Shown here in pieces: positions 10,428 through 19,638 of a DNA stretch of 64,000 bases (its first letter is position 1; each line of letters opens with the position of its first letter). The notes under the pieces are model-generated. The model worked only from the letters and a program-made list of their open reading frames with translations, was not told the origin of the DNA and ran no database searches. The position numbers and the translations under genes were made by a program. The stretch lies in sequence record SRR20825006_1576; one strand, 5' to 3'.

Positions 10428-11357
10428 CTATTTCGAAAAATCGAGACCCATTTCGCGGTAACGCTCCGGGTCATCCCCCCAGTTCTCACGTACCTTCACG
10501 AACAGAAAAAGATGCACCGGCTGCCCAACGATTTCGGTCAGTTCCTTGCGTGCCGCCATGGAAATCGCCTTGATCGCCTCGCCGCCCCGGCCAAGCGCGA
10601 TCTTTTTCTGACTGTCGCGTTCGACGTAAACGACCTGTTCGATACGGACAGAACCGTCCTTGCGTTCTTCCCACTTTTCCGTCTCGACGTGAGAAGAATA
10701 GGGCAACTCCTGATGCAGCCTGAGGAATAGCTTTTCGCGCGTGATTTCGGCGGCAAGCTGCCGCAATGGTAAATCGGAAATCTGATCTTCGGGATAATAC
10801 CATGGCCCTTCAGGCAACGCGGTCGCCAGATGGTCCATCAGATCATCGCAGCCTGAACCGTTGGTCGCCGAAATCATGAATGTCTGTTCAAAGGTGACCA
10901 TTTCATTCGCCTTGGCAGCCAGCGCCAGAAGATCTTCTGGCCGAACCCGGTCAATCTTGTTCAAAACCAGAAGTTTCGGTTGATGAACCTCTTTCAGCCC
11001 CTCAAGGATCATCTCGGCATCGCCCTTGAGACCACGTTCACTGTCGATCAAGAACATGATGATGTCAGCGTCTCGCGCACCGCCCCAGGCTGTTGTCACC
11101 ATGGCACGATCCAGGCGCCGCCTCGGTTTGAAAATACCGGGGGTATCCATGAACACGATCTGTGTTTGCTGGTGAATCGCGATCCCACGCAACATAGCGC
11201 GTGTTGTCTGCACCTTGTGGCTGACGATGGAAACCTTGGCCCCGACAAGGCGATTGACCAAGGTCGACTTGCCCGCATTGGTCGCACCGATCAGCGCAAC
11301 GAAGCCTGAGCGCGTCGCAGGGCGATCGGCCGGCACGGTTTCATTGTTCTCGTTCAT
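10428..11357 (-). CDS. era: GTPase Era
   Basis: GATNAGKST, DTPG, NKID and C-terminal KH domain. Confidence 0.97.
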   Translation of the reverse strand: MNENNETVPADRPATRSGFVALIGATNAGKSTLVNRLVGAKVSIVSHKVQTTRAMLRGIAIHQQTQIVFMDTPGIFKPRRRLDRAMVTTAWGGARDADIIMFLIDSERGLKGDAEMILEGLKEVHQPKLLVLNKIDRVRPEDLLALAAKANEMVTFEQTFMISATNGSGCDDLMDHLATALPEGPWYYPEDQISDLPLRQLAAEITREKLFLRLHQELPYSSHVETEKWEERKDGSVRIEQVVYVERDSQKKIALGRGGEAIKAISMAARKELTEIVGQPVHLFLFVKVRENWGDDPERYREMGLDFSK

Positions 11358-12071
11358 TCAGCCCTCATTGGCGGATGGCGGCGTCCAGACACCTTCCCGC
11401 TCCAAAAGTTTTGTTGCAGCCGCCTGTTCGGCAGCGCGCTTGGACCGGTCTACACCGGTTTCCGGTTTCACACCTTTAATCGCCACCGTCACAGTAAAGC
11501 GTGGTTCGTGATCAGGGCCGGAACGATCATCAACGCGATAAACAGGCGTCTCTCCATGATTGGCGTGAGCCCATTCCTGAAGCTCAGTCTTGGCATCCCG
11601 GCGCAGCTCCAGACCATCTTTAAACAGTGACCTCCAGTTTGTCTCAATAAACCGCCGCGCCTCCGGCAAGCCGCCTTCAAGATAAATCGCGGCGATAACG
11701 CTTTCAACAACGTCGGCACGAATACTCAGAACCCGTTTTCCGGTAAGTTTTTTTACGTCCTGCCCGGTCTTGATAAAACGGTGAAGACCGAGATCATCAG
11801 CAACCCGCGCACAGGCTTCGGCACTCACAAGCTGGTTGAGCCTGACAGACAGTTCACCTTCGCTGGCTGTTGGAAAAAGCCGAAAAAGGTTTTCGGCAAT
11901 CACCAATCCCAAAACGCGGTCACCCAGAAACTCCAGACGTTCGTAGTTATCGTCCTTGCCGCTACGCGCGCTGGAATGTGTTAACGCACGGGCGATGCGA
12001 CCTTCATCCTCGAAGGTGAAGCCAATCAGTTTTCCGAATGCCTTTGCGTCATCTGTGCATCGTTCGCTCAT
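11358..12071 (-). CDS. rnc: Ribonuclease III
   Basis: ERLEFLGDRVL signature and C-terminal dsRBD. Confidence 0.97.
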   Translation of the reverse strand: MSERCTDDAKAFGKLIGFTFEDEGRIARALTHSSARSGKDDNYERLEFLGDRVLGLVIAENLFRLFPTASEGELSVRLNQLVSAEACARVADDLGLHRFIKTGQDVKKLTGKRVLSIRADVVESVIAAIYLEGGLPEARRFIETNWRSLFKDGLELRRDAKTELQEWAHANHGETPVYRVDDRSGPDHEPRFTVTVAIKGVKPETGVDRSKRAAEQAAATKLLEREGVWTPPSANEG

Positions 12072-12818
12072 TCAGCCACCGATCACCTTGAACAGGCGAC
12101 CCCAGCGCATGTTGAACGGCCACTTCCAGATTTCAGCAAACGAGGTGTCATTGCCAAGCGAGAAGAAAATGATGCTGGCGCGACCGACGAGATTTTCAGC
12201 CGGAACAAAACCGACATCAAAACGGCTGTCGAGGGAATTGTCGCGGTTGTCACCCATCATGAAGTAATGACCTTCAGGAACCGTGAAGACACGCGTGTTA
12301 TCCCCCCGTGACCCACGAATTTCATCCAGCGTATCATAGCTCACGCCATCAGGGAGCGTTTCCTGAAAGACAGGAATATCAATGCCGGGATCGTTTCGAT
12401 AATCAGACGTAAAGTAACCATCTGCCTTGCGCGGCACAGGTTTGTCGTTGATGTAGAGAATACCTTCCCTCACCTGGATGGTATCCCCCGGCAAGCCGAT
12501 CACACGCTTTATATAATCAACCTTCGGATTTGGCGGATAGCGGAAAACGGCCACGTCACCACGCTCCGGCTGGCTTGCGAGCACGCGGCCCGAAAACAGA
12601 TCGGGCGCAAAGGGAAGCGAATAACGTGAGTAACCGTAGGAAAACTTATTGACGAAGATATAATCACCAACAAGCAGGGTCGGCATCATGGAACCGGAGG
12701 GAATGGTAAACGGCTGGAACAGGAGCGTCCTGATCACAAGCGCCAGAACCAGCGCCTGAATAATCACCTTCACGTTGCTCCAGAGCGCACTTTCCTGCTT
12801 TTCTTCTTTTTCAGCCAC
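12072..12818 (-). CDS. lepB: Signal peptidase I
   Basis: IPSGSMMPTL (Ser), YIKRVIG (Lys), GDNRDNSLDSR; GTG 12818 chosen as start (GAAGGAAAG upstream). Confidence 0.95.
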   Translation of the reverse strand: MAEKEEKQESALWSNVKVIIQALVLALVIRTLLFQPFTIPSGSMMPTLLVGDYIFVNKFSYGYSRYSLPFAPDLFSGRVLASQPERGDVAVFRYPPNPKVDYIKRVIGLPGDTIQVREGILYINDKPVPRKADGYFTSDYRNDPGIDIPVFQETLPDGVSYDTLDEIRGSRGDNTRVFTVPEGHYFMMGDNRDNSLDSRFDVGFVPAENLVGRASIIFFSLGNDTSFAEIWKWPFNMRWGRLFKVIGG

Positions 12819-12944
12819 GCATGCTTTCCTTCTTGCGAACAGGCATTTCATTCGAAAAGATCGTTTGTGACTGATCTATCCCGTAAAGCATGGTCAGGCA
12901 ACGGCTTTCGGCGTATTTTAGCAAGACCTCAGGGTGTTTGGACG

Positions 12945-13337
12945 CTAGACGGCCTCGATGATAACGAACGCCTGCGCCAACGGATAGTCGTCAGTGATCG
13001 TCACGTGAATGCGCGGCTCTTTCCCCTCAGGCATCATACTGTGCAGCTGCTTCGCAGCACCGCCGGTCAGTACCATGCTGGGTTTTCCGCCCGGCAGGTT
13101 TACAACGCCCATATCGCGCCAGAAAACGCCCTTGGCGATACCTGTTCCAAGAGCTTTGGAACAGGCTTCCTTGGCAGCAAACCGTTTTGCATAAGATGCT
13201 GCACGGTTCTGTCTCCGGTCAGATTTCTGTTGTTCTGAGACAGTAAAACAGCGCGCTGTGAACCGGTCCCCGAACCGCTCTATGGTCTTCTCAACCCGCC
13301 TGATATCAATCAGATCGCTACCCAAGCCAATGATCAT
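12945..13337 (-). CDS. acpS: Holo-ACP synthase
   Basis: [24 protein letters not shown]. Confidence 0.96.
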   Translation of the reverse strand: MIIGLGSDLIDIRRVEKTIERFGDRFTARCFTVSEQQKSDRRQNRAASYAKRFAAKEACSKALGTGIAKGVFWRDMGVVNLPGGKPSMVLTGGAAKQLHSMMPEGKEPRIHVTITDDYPLAQAFVIIEAV

Positions 13338-13409
13338 ACCGATTACTCTCCAGACATGAAATTTCTGCGGCTGATCCGCAATACTTCATCACACAGGGAA
13401 ACCTGATGT

Positions 13410-13994
13410 TCAGGATTTGGACTGCCCTGCCTTCGGTGAAACCGAATCAGCCCGGTTGCGTTGTGAGAGAACCGCCTGTCGTTTCTCCTGAAACGCTTTT
13501 ACCGCAAAGAAAGTGAGCGCATAAAACAGAACACCGGAAATGACCGCAGGCAAAACAGCGCCAACCGCCATCGGCTCTAGCAGCGGTTTCCAGATGTCAG
13601 CGAGGTCGAAGGTTTTCACCATACCGACGAGGTCGATGTGATCGCGTTCAGACGCTGCCCGACCAAGCAGATCATTTCCAAGCCGCCAGGTCAGAAGCCA
13701 GATCAAAGGAAACGTGAACGGGTTGCCAAACGCAGTGCCAAGGGCTGCAGCGAAAAAATTTCCGCCGAAAAGAAAAGCCAGAGCAAAGGCGGCTGCAAAG
13801 TGAAATCCGAGAAACGGCGTCCACGAGACGGCGACGCCAACAGCAATCCCCATTGCAATGGCATGCGGTGTTGCGCGCAAACGCACGGTACGGTGATAAA
13901 GATAAATCAGCGGGCGCCAAAACCCTTTACTGGGCCACAACGCTGCTCGGAGGCGTTGCCACAGGTTTGCTGGTGAACGTCTTTTAAAAAGCAT
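13410..13994 (-). CDS. DUF2062-family membrane protein
   Basis: TPHAIAMG..G, TPFLGFH, GNPFTFP; hydrophobic; located upstream of acpS. Confidence 0.8.
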   Translation of the reverse strand: MLFKRRSPANLWQRLRAALWPSKGFWRPLIYLYHRTVRLRATPHAIAMGIAVGVAVSWTPFLGFHFAAAFALAFLFGGNFFAAALGTAFGNPFTFPLIWLLTWRLGNDLLGRAASERDHIDLVGMVKTFDLADIWKPLLEPMAVGAVLPAVISGVLFYALTFFAVKAFQEKRQAVLSQRNRADSVSPKAGQSKS

Positions 13995-14069
13995 GACCCA
14001 CTATTCAAGAAGCGGCAGAAATATTCCGCACACACTACACCGGCAATTAGGCAAAACCAACATAGCCAG

Positions 14070-14225
14070 TCAGTTTGTTTTTTCGTTCACCCGAGTCGAA
14101 CCGGGTCTGTCTTGTTGAAAATCTGAATCGATATTTTCGATGACATGCTTTACGCCTTCAGTCTCGCTCTCGTCTATACGGGGGCGAAAGAGGCGTTTTA
14201 AAAAACAGCGAACACGTTTGAGCAT
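14070..14225 (-). CDS. Small ORF, 51 aa (not in the ORF track)
   Basis: Hand translation MLKRVRCFLKRLFRPRIDESETEGVKHVIENIDSDFQQDRPGSTRVNEKTN*; GAGG RBS 6 nt upstream of ATG; fills the rel-DUF2062 gap on the operon strand. Confidence 0.45.
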   Translation of the reverse strand: MLKRVRCFLKRLFRPRIDESETEGVKHVIENIDSDFQQDRPGSTRVNEKTN

Positions 14226-14358
14226 GTATTGCCTCAATTCATTTTCCACACGACCCCGATATGGAGATTGCCAGGATCAGGATAAAGCTGGGAATCGTAA
14301 AAAGTTCCGAAATCCTAAATGATTTCTTTGAAATATGATGGAAGTTTGAATGCCGCTA

Positions 14359-16566
14359 TCACTCAAACAATCGCGCAACTGTCGCCACGCTATCAAGCAG
14401 TTTCAACTGGTGGATCACCTGATTTAGCTGGCGCAAATCCCAGACTTCGAGGTCCATTATGACCTGCGCAAAGTCATCTGCGACGACCTCCATTTTTATA
14501 GCCCGTATATTGACGTCGAGTGTCGCTATTCTCTCGGTAATTTTGGCAAGGGCACCCGGTTCGTTCAGAACACTGGTTCCAACACGAACACGGAAACGCT
14601 TTTCGTTCGTTGAATCCAGATCCCAGCGAACATCTATCCAGCGGTTGGGTTCATCATCGAAGTGCTGCAGAATTGGAGACTGTATCGGATAGATCGTGAT
14701 GCTATCATCTTCCTCTGCGATGCCGACGATCCGGTCCCCCGGAACGGCACCTGCCGGCGCGAAGCGAACCACCGCACCTTCACTCAAGCCGCGTAGCGGC
14801 ATGATATGCCGCTGGTCTTCAACCTTTCCGTCATGATCGGGCAGCCGGAATGCCATGCCCTCACCACTGGGAAGACTGACCCACCCTTCTTCGGTGCTTG
14901 GCTTGACTGTGACGCGCTCGTCCTTGTGATCGGGATAAACGGCACGCAGCACATCGCTTGAGGAAAGTTCGTTTCGGCCAACGGCAGCAATCACATCCTC
15001 AACATCCTTTTGGCCAAGCCGATAGAGAACGGTTTCCAGAACCTCGCGTGAAAACTCTTTGCCGGCCCGTTTGAAAGCGCGATCAAGAATTCGATAGCCA
15101 AGCCCGCTATATTGCTTGCGGATAGCCGTACGGGTTGCACGGCGTATCGCCGCCCTGGCCTTGCCAGTTACGACGATCTCTTCCCAGGCGGGTGGTGGCA
15201 CCTGAATACCTGAGCGGATGATTTCCACTTCATCGCCATTGTTCAGACGGGTGACAAGTGGCATCGTCCGGCCATTCACCTTTGCACCAACGCAGGTATC
15301 ACCGACATTTGTGTGAACGGCGTAGGCAAAATCGATCGGAGTTGCGTCTTTCGGCAACGCGATCAGCTTGCCCTTCGGCGTGAAGCAGAAAACCTGATCC
15401 TGAAACAGCTCAAGCTTTGTATGCTCCAGAAATTCTTCTGGATTGTCCCCCTCGGCCAGTGCCTCGATCGTTTTTCGAAACCAGGAAAAAACGCTGCTTT
15501 CCTCATTGGCTGCATCGCCGGGGCCTGTATGTCCTTCCTTGTAGAGTGCATGTGCGGCGATACCGTATTCTGCGATCTCGTGCATATCATGCGTCCGGAT
15601 CTGCAGTTCGATACGCTGCCGAGAAGGACCAACGATTGTCGTATGCAGAGACTGGTATCCGTTCTGCTTAGGATTGGAAATGTAGTCCTTGAAACGGTCG
15701 GGCACCGTGCGCCAGCGCGTATGCACGATACCAAGCGCCCGGTAGCATTCAGCCACGTCGCCAACCAGAATGCGAAAGCCGTAAACGTCGGAAAGCTGCT
15801 CGAAAGACAGCGATTTCGACTGCATTTTGTTAAAGATCGAGTAAGGTTTCTTCTGCCGTCCTTTGACCCTAGCATTCGTCATGCCGTTTTCACTCAAAAG
15901 CGCGTGAAGTTCATCCTCGATATGTTTGACAAGAACCCGGTTCTGATCGGAAAGATCGTTCAGCTTGCCCCGGATCGTCTGATATGCCTCGGCATTGATA
16001 TACTGGAACGAAAGCTCTTCCAGCTCTTCGCGCATATCCTGCATACCCATACGCCCTGCAAGCGGCGCATAGATATCCATCGTTTCCTCTGAAATACGCC
16101 GGCGTTTATCCGGTCGCATGTAATAGAGAGTACGCATATTGTGGAGGCGGTCAGCAAGTTTCACAAGCAGAACGCGAACATCATTCGCTACAGAAAGCAG
16201 AAGTTTGCGAAGGTTCTCCGCCTGCTGTGCCTTGCGGGACACAAGGTCCAAACGCTTGATTTTGGTCAACCCCTCTACAAGGTTGCCGATCTCTTCACCG
16301 AAAAAAGAATCGATCTCGGCGCGGGTTGCGGTGGTATCTTCTATCGTGTCATGAAGCAACGCCACGGCGATGGTCGATTCATCGAGATGAAGATCCGTCA
16401 AGATCGCAGCAACTTCAAGGGGATGTGAGATATAGGGATCGCCGCTGGCGCGTCGCTGGCGGCCATGCTTTTGCATGGCATAAACATATGCCTTGTTGAG
16501 CAATGCCACATCTGCATCGGGCTTGTACTTCTGTACGCGCTCAACAAGTTCGTATTGCCGCATCAT
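14359..16566 (-). CDS. rel: Bifunctional (p)ppGpp synthetase/hydrolase (RelA/SpoT homolog)
   Basis: HD hydrolase LLHDTIED, synthetase KDYI..PK.NGYQSLHT, TGS (TPIDFAYAVHT), C-terminal ACT domain. Confidence 0.96.
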   Translation of the reverse strand: MMRQYELVERVQKYKPDADVALLNKAYVYAMQKHGRQRRASGDPYISHPLEVAAILTDLHLDESTIAVALLHDTIEDTTATRAEIDSFFGEEIGNLVEGLTKIKRLDLVSRKAQQAENLRKLLLSVANDVRVLLVKLADRLHNMRTLYYMRPDKRRRISEETMDIYAPLAGRMGMQDMREELEELSFQYINAEAYQTIRGKLNDLSDQNRVLVKHIEDELHALLSENGMTNARVKGRQKKPYSIFNKMQSKSLSFEQLSDVYGFRILVGDVAECYRALGIVHTRWRTVPDRFKDYISNPKQNGYQSLHTTIVGPSRQRIELQIRTHDMHEIAEYGIAAHALYKEGHTGPGDAANEESSVFSWFRKTIEALAEGDNPEEFLEHTKLELFQDQVFCFTPKGKLIALPKDATPIDFAYAVHTNVGDTCVGAKVNGRTMPLVTRLNNGDEVEIIRSGIQVPPPAWEEIVVTGKARAAIRRATRTAIRKQYSGLGYRILDRAFKRAGKEFSREVLETVLYRLGQKDVEDVIAAVGRNELSSSDVLRAVYPDHKDERVTVKPSTEEGWVSLPSGEGMAFRLPDHDGKVEDQRHIMPLRGLSEGAVVRFAPAGAVPGDRIVGIAEEDDSITIYPIQSPILQHFDDEPNRWIDVRWDLDSTNEKRFRVRVGTSVLNEPGALAKITERIATLDVNIRAIKMEVVADDFAQVIMDLEVWDLRQLNQVIHQLKLLDSVATVARLFE

Positions 16567-16673
16567 TGCTTACTGACAAAGCCTCTTTTCGGGCTGTTCA
16601 CCAAGCCGACCGCGCCCGTCTATCGAATGTGGGATGAAACAATCGCCAGGCTTTGCGCCCAGCGATTGGAATA

Positions 16674-17084
16674 TCAGTAGTCGTCGCTTTTTTCCGGCGG
16701 AACCAGACCTTCGATTGCAGCCCGAAGATCATCTTCCGACATCTGATCAAACGGAATCGCATCCGGCTGATCGGCAGTTTCGCCACCGGCTGCCTGTTCT
16801 GCTGCATCGTCTGCCGAGTCAGAACGCTGAGCACCATCAGATTCCGGCTCATCGACCTCAACATGGCGCTGAAGCGAATGAATAAGGTCTTCCTTCAGAT
16901 CGTCAGGTGAAAGTGTTTCATCAGCGATTTCACGCAAGGCAACAACAGGGTTCTTGTCGTTGTCGCGATCAACAGTAATCTGAGCGCCCTGGGAGATGAG
17001 GCGTGCTCGATGGCCGGCAAGCAAAACGAGATCGAAGCGATTTTCGACCTTGTCAATGCAGTCTTCAACTGTCACACGTGCCAT
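16674..17084 (-). CDS. rpoZ: RNA polymerase omega subunit
   Basis: [27 protein letters not shown]. Confidence 0.97.
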   Translation of the reverse strand: MARVTVEDCIDKVENRFDLVLLAGHRARLISQGAQITVDRDNDKNPVVALREIADETLSPDDLKEDLIHSLQRHVEVDEPESDGAQRSDSADDAAEQAAGGETADQPDAIPFDQMSEDDLRAAIEGLVPPEKSDDY

Positions 17085-17370
17085 TGCCTGTCCTTTATTA
17101 GACGTTATTTTCAGGATGGTCTCTCTTAAAGACTCACCAACTTGATTTCAAGGGGGGCAATTCCATGAACTGCGCCCTGAACGTCGTATTATAAGGAACC
17201 CCAGAACACCAAGCAAATACTTTGGGTTGAAGATTTTCAAAAGAGTGCTTAGATCTAATTCAGTTTACATGTAACCCAATGCTTGATGTTTTATAAGTTC
17301 ATAATTTCCCTGTTAAAGGCGCGAAGCGCTGCAAAACGGATTATTGGCATTTTGAAGAGGACTTTTAATA

Positions 17371-17949
17371 ATGTTTGACCCGCGCGAGAAAATAGCGCTC
17401 TTCATTGACGGCGCAAACCTTTATGCCGCTTCCAAAAGCCTCGGTTTTGATATTGATTATCGTAAACTTCTTAAGAATTTTCAGGGAAAAGCCTATCTTT
17501 TAAGAGCTTATTATTACACGGCTCTTATTGAAGATCAGGAATATTCTTCAATCAGGCCGTTGATCGACTGGCTTGATTATAACGGATACAAGGTCATTAC
17601 CAAGCCGGCAAAAGAGTTTACGGACTCGATGGGACGCCGCAAGGTCAAGGGCAATATGGATATCGAGCTTGCGATTGACGCGATGGAACAGGCAACGACC
17701 GTCGATCACCTCGTCATATTTTCCGGTGACGGCGATTTCACGACACTGGTCGAAGCCTTGCAGCGCAAGGGGCGCAAAGTGTCGGTTGTCTCCACCATGG
17801 CGACCCAGCCGCCGATGATCGCCGATGATCTGCGCCGGCAGGCCGACCACTTCATCGATCTTGTATCGCTCAAGAATGAGGTTGGCCGCGACGCTTCTGA
17901 AAGGCCACTGCGCGCCACCGAGCCCGCAAGCCCTGACTTCGACGACTAA
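17371..17949 (+). CDS. NYN-domain (LabA/DUF88) protein
   Basis: FIDGANL, KGNMDIELAID, SGDGDF, ADHFIDL; divergent from rpoZ. Confidence 0.9.
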   Translation: MFDPREKIALFIDGANLYAASKSLGFDIDYRKLLKNFQGKAYLLRAYYYTALIEDQEYSSIRPLIDWLDYNGYKVITKPAKEFTDSMGRRKVKGNMDIELAIDAMEQATTVDHLVIFSGDGDFTTLVEALQRKGRKVSVVSTMATQPPMIADDLRRQADHFIDLVSLKNEVGRDASERPLRATEPASPDFDD

Positions 17950-17977
17950 ACACATTCCATCCTTGAAACAAAATATA

Positions 17978-18012
17978 AGAACCCGCGCCGTTCAGAATGC
18001 GCGGGTTTCTCT
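17978..18012. terminator. Hairpin between convergent NYN and smpB genes
   Basis: AACCCGCGC...GCGCGGGTT stem followed by TCTCTT. Confidence 0.55.
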
Positions 18013-18020
18013 TTAGAAGA

Positions 18021-18497
18021 TCACCCGTGCTGTTTCAGCAAACGGCTTTTCTGGCGGTTCCAGTCCCGCTGCTTGACGGTCTCACGCTTATCGTGAACCT
18101 TTTTACCCTTGCCGAGAGCAAGTTGCAGTTTGGCAATTCCACGACCGTTGAAGTATAGCTTCAGCGGTACCAATGTCATTCCTTCGCGGTTCACCGATGA
18201 GCGCAGGCGATTGATCTCCCGCTTGCTCAGCAATAATTTGCGCCGCCGCCTTGGCTCATGATTGAAGCGGTTACCCTGAAGATATTCTGGTAAGTGCGAG
18301 TTGATCAACCACATCTCTCCGCCCTCGTCAGACGCATAGGATTCGGCAATATTAGCCTTGCCCTCACGCAGGGACTTCACCTCGGTTCCAGTGAGAACCA
18401 GGCCAGCCTCAAGCGTTTCGAGAATCTCGTAGTTGAATCGCGCTTTGCGATTTTCAGCGACGGTCTTGCCGCCACCCTGATTACCCTTGGGGGCCAT
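18021..18497 (-). CDS. smpB: SsrA-binding protein
   Basis: [25 protein letters not shown]. Confidence 0.97.
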   Translation of the reverse strand: MAPKGNQGGGKTVAENRKARFNYEILETLEAGLVLTGTEVKSLREGKANIAESYASDEGGEMWLINSHLPEYLQGNRFNHEPRRRRKLLLSKREINRLRSSVNREGMTLVPLKLYFNGRGIAKLQLALGKGKKVHDKRETVKQRDWNRQKSRLLKQHG

Positions 18498-18532
18498 TTT
18501 ATAAATCCGTCAGTTTCAATGCCTCTGGGCCT

Positions 18533-19429
18533 TCAAGCTGACACGGTCTCGGTCAGCAGTCCGGCATGCTCAAGTGCCGCATCGATGGCGCGCGCCGTGC
18601 TTTGCTCAATATTAACCAGCGGCAACCGTACACAATCACTCATACGACCAAGCTTCTTCAGTGCATATTTGGTGCCGCAAACGCCGGGTTCAATGAAAAG
18701 CGCCTTATGGAGTGGCATAAGTTTGTCCTGCAGCTTGAGTGCGGTTTCAAAATCACCGGCACGAAGCGCCTTCTGAAACGACGAACAGAGCCAGGGAGCA
18801 ACATTTGCAGTGACCGAGATGCAGCCGACGCCGCCCTGCGCGTAAAAGCCCAGAGCAGTGGCGTCTTCGCCGGAGATCTGGACAAAATCCTTACCACAGG
18901 CAATGCGTTGATCGGAAACACGCTCCAGTTTGGCTGTCGCATCTTTAACACCGACAATGTTGCCATGCGCTTTCGCCAGTGCGCCCATGGTCTCCGGCGT
19001 CATATCAACAACAGACCGGCCAGGAATATTGTAGATGATGATCGGAAGCGTCACCATTTCCGCAATCGCGGCGAAGTGAGCATAAAGCCCCTTCTGCGTC
19101 GGTTTGTTGTAATAAGGCGTTACAACAAGCAAAGCATCGGCGCCTGCATTTTCCGCATGGCGTGCCAGTTCAATCGCCTCTCTTGTATTGTTGGAGCCAG
19201 CCCCGGCGATTACGGGGACGCGCTTCGCAGCCGCTTCAATGCAGAGATCGACAACCCGTTTGTGCTCATCATGGCTGAGCGTCGGCGACTCACCGGTTGT
19301 GCCAACCGGCACAAGACCATGGCTGCCTTCCTTGATTTGCCATTCGACATGCGCGGTAAACGCCGCCTCATCCAGCGTGCCATCTTCATGAAATGGTGTG
19401 ACAAGCGCCGGCATGGACCCCTTGAACAT
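18533..19429 (-). CDS. dapA: 4-hydroxy-tetrahydrodipicolinate synthase
   Basis: GTTGES, PYYNKP, YNIPGR, GVKDAT; start at MFKGS. Confidence 0.95.
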   Translation of the reverse strand: MFKGSMPALVTPFHEDGTLDEAAFTAHVEWQIKEGSHGLVPVGTTGESPTLSHDEHKRVVDLCIEAAAKRVPVIAGAGSNNTREAIELARHAENAGADALLVVTPYYNKPTQKGLYAHFAAIAEMVTLPIIIYNIPGRSVVDMTPETMGALAKAHGNIVGVKDATAKLERVSDQRIACGKDFVQISGEDATALGFYAQGGVGCISVTANVAPWLCSSFQKALRAGDFETALKLQDKLMPLHKALFIEPGVCGTKYALKKLGRMSDCVRLPLVNIEQSTARAIDAALEHAGLLTETVSA

Positions 19430-19569
19430 CAATATACTCCTGGCGGCATTCATTTAAATGCCGCATTCTTGTTACAAAATTCGATGCACCTTAATGCCCT
19501 ACACATGCACCTGCAAGCGCAGCTTTTCATCAGCCGAAGGGTTTATAGGTCCCACGAAAGCGAACAAGG

Positions 19570-19585
19570 TTAACGCGTTTTTAAC
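19570..19585. promoter_or_regulatory. CtrA-binding box upstream of the lytic transglycosylase
   Basis: TTAA-CGCGTTT-TTAAC is an exact TTAA-N7-TTAAC and also reads as an exact box on the opposite strand; about 55 nt before the ATG. Confidence 0.7.
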
Positions 19586-19638
19586 CCGAAAATCGGAAGG
19601 TGACATATATCTCTGTTTCCGCCCTTTAGGGGAATTGT

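Noticed and set aside
18566-19573. 335-aa ORF antisense to dapA
   Set aside because: Shadow of a conserved essential gene; sequence not protein-like.
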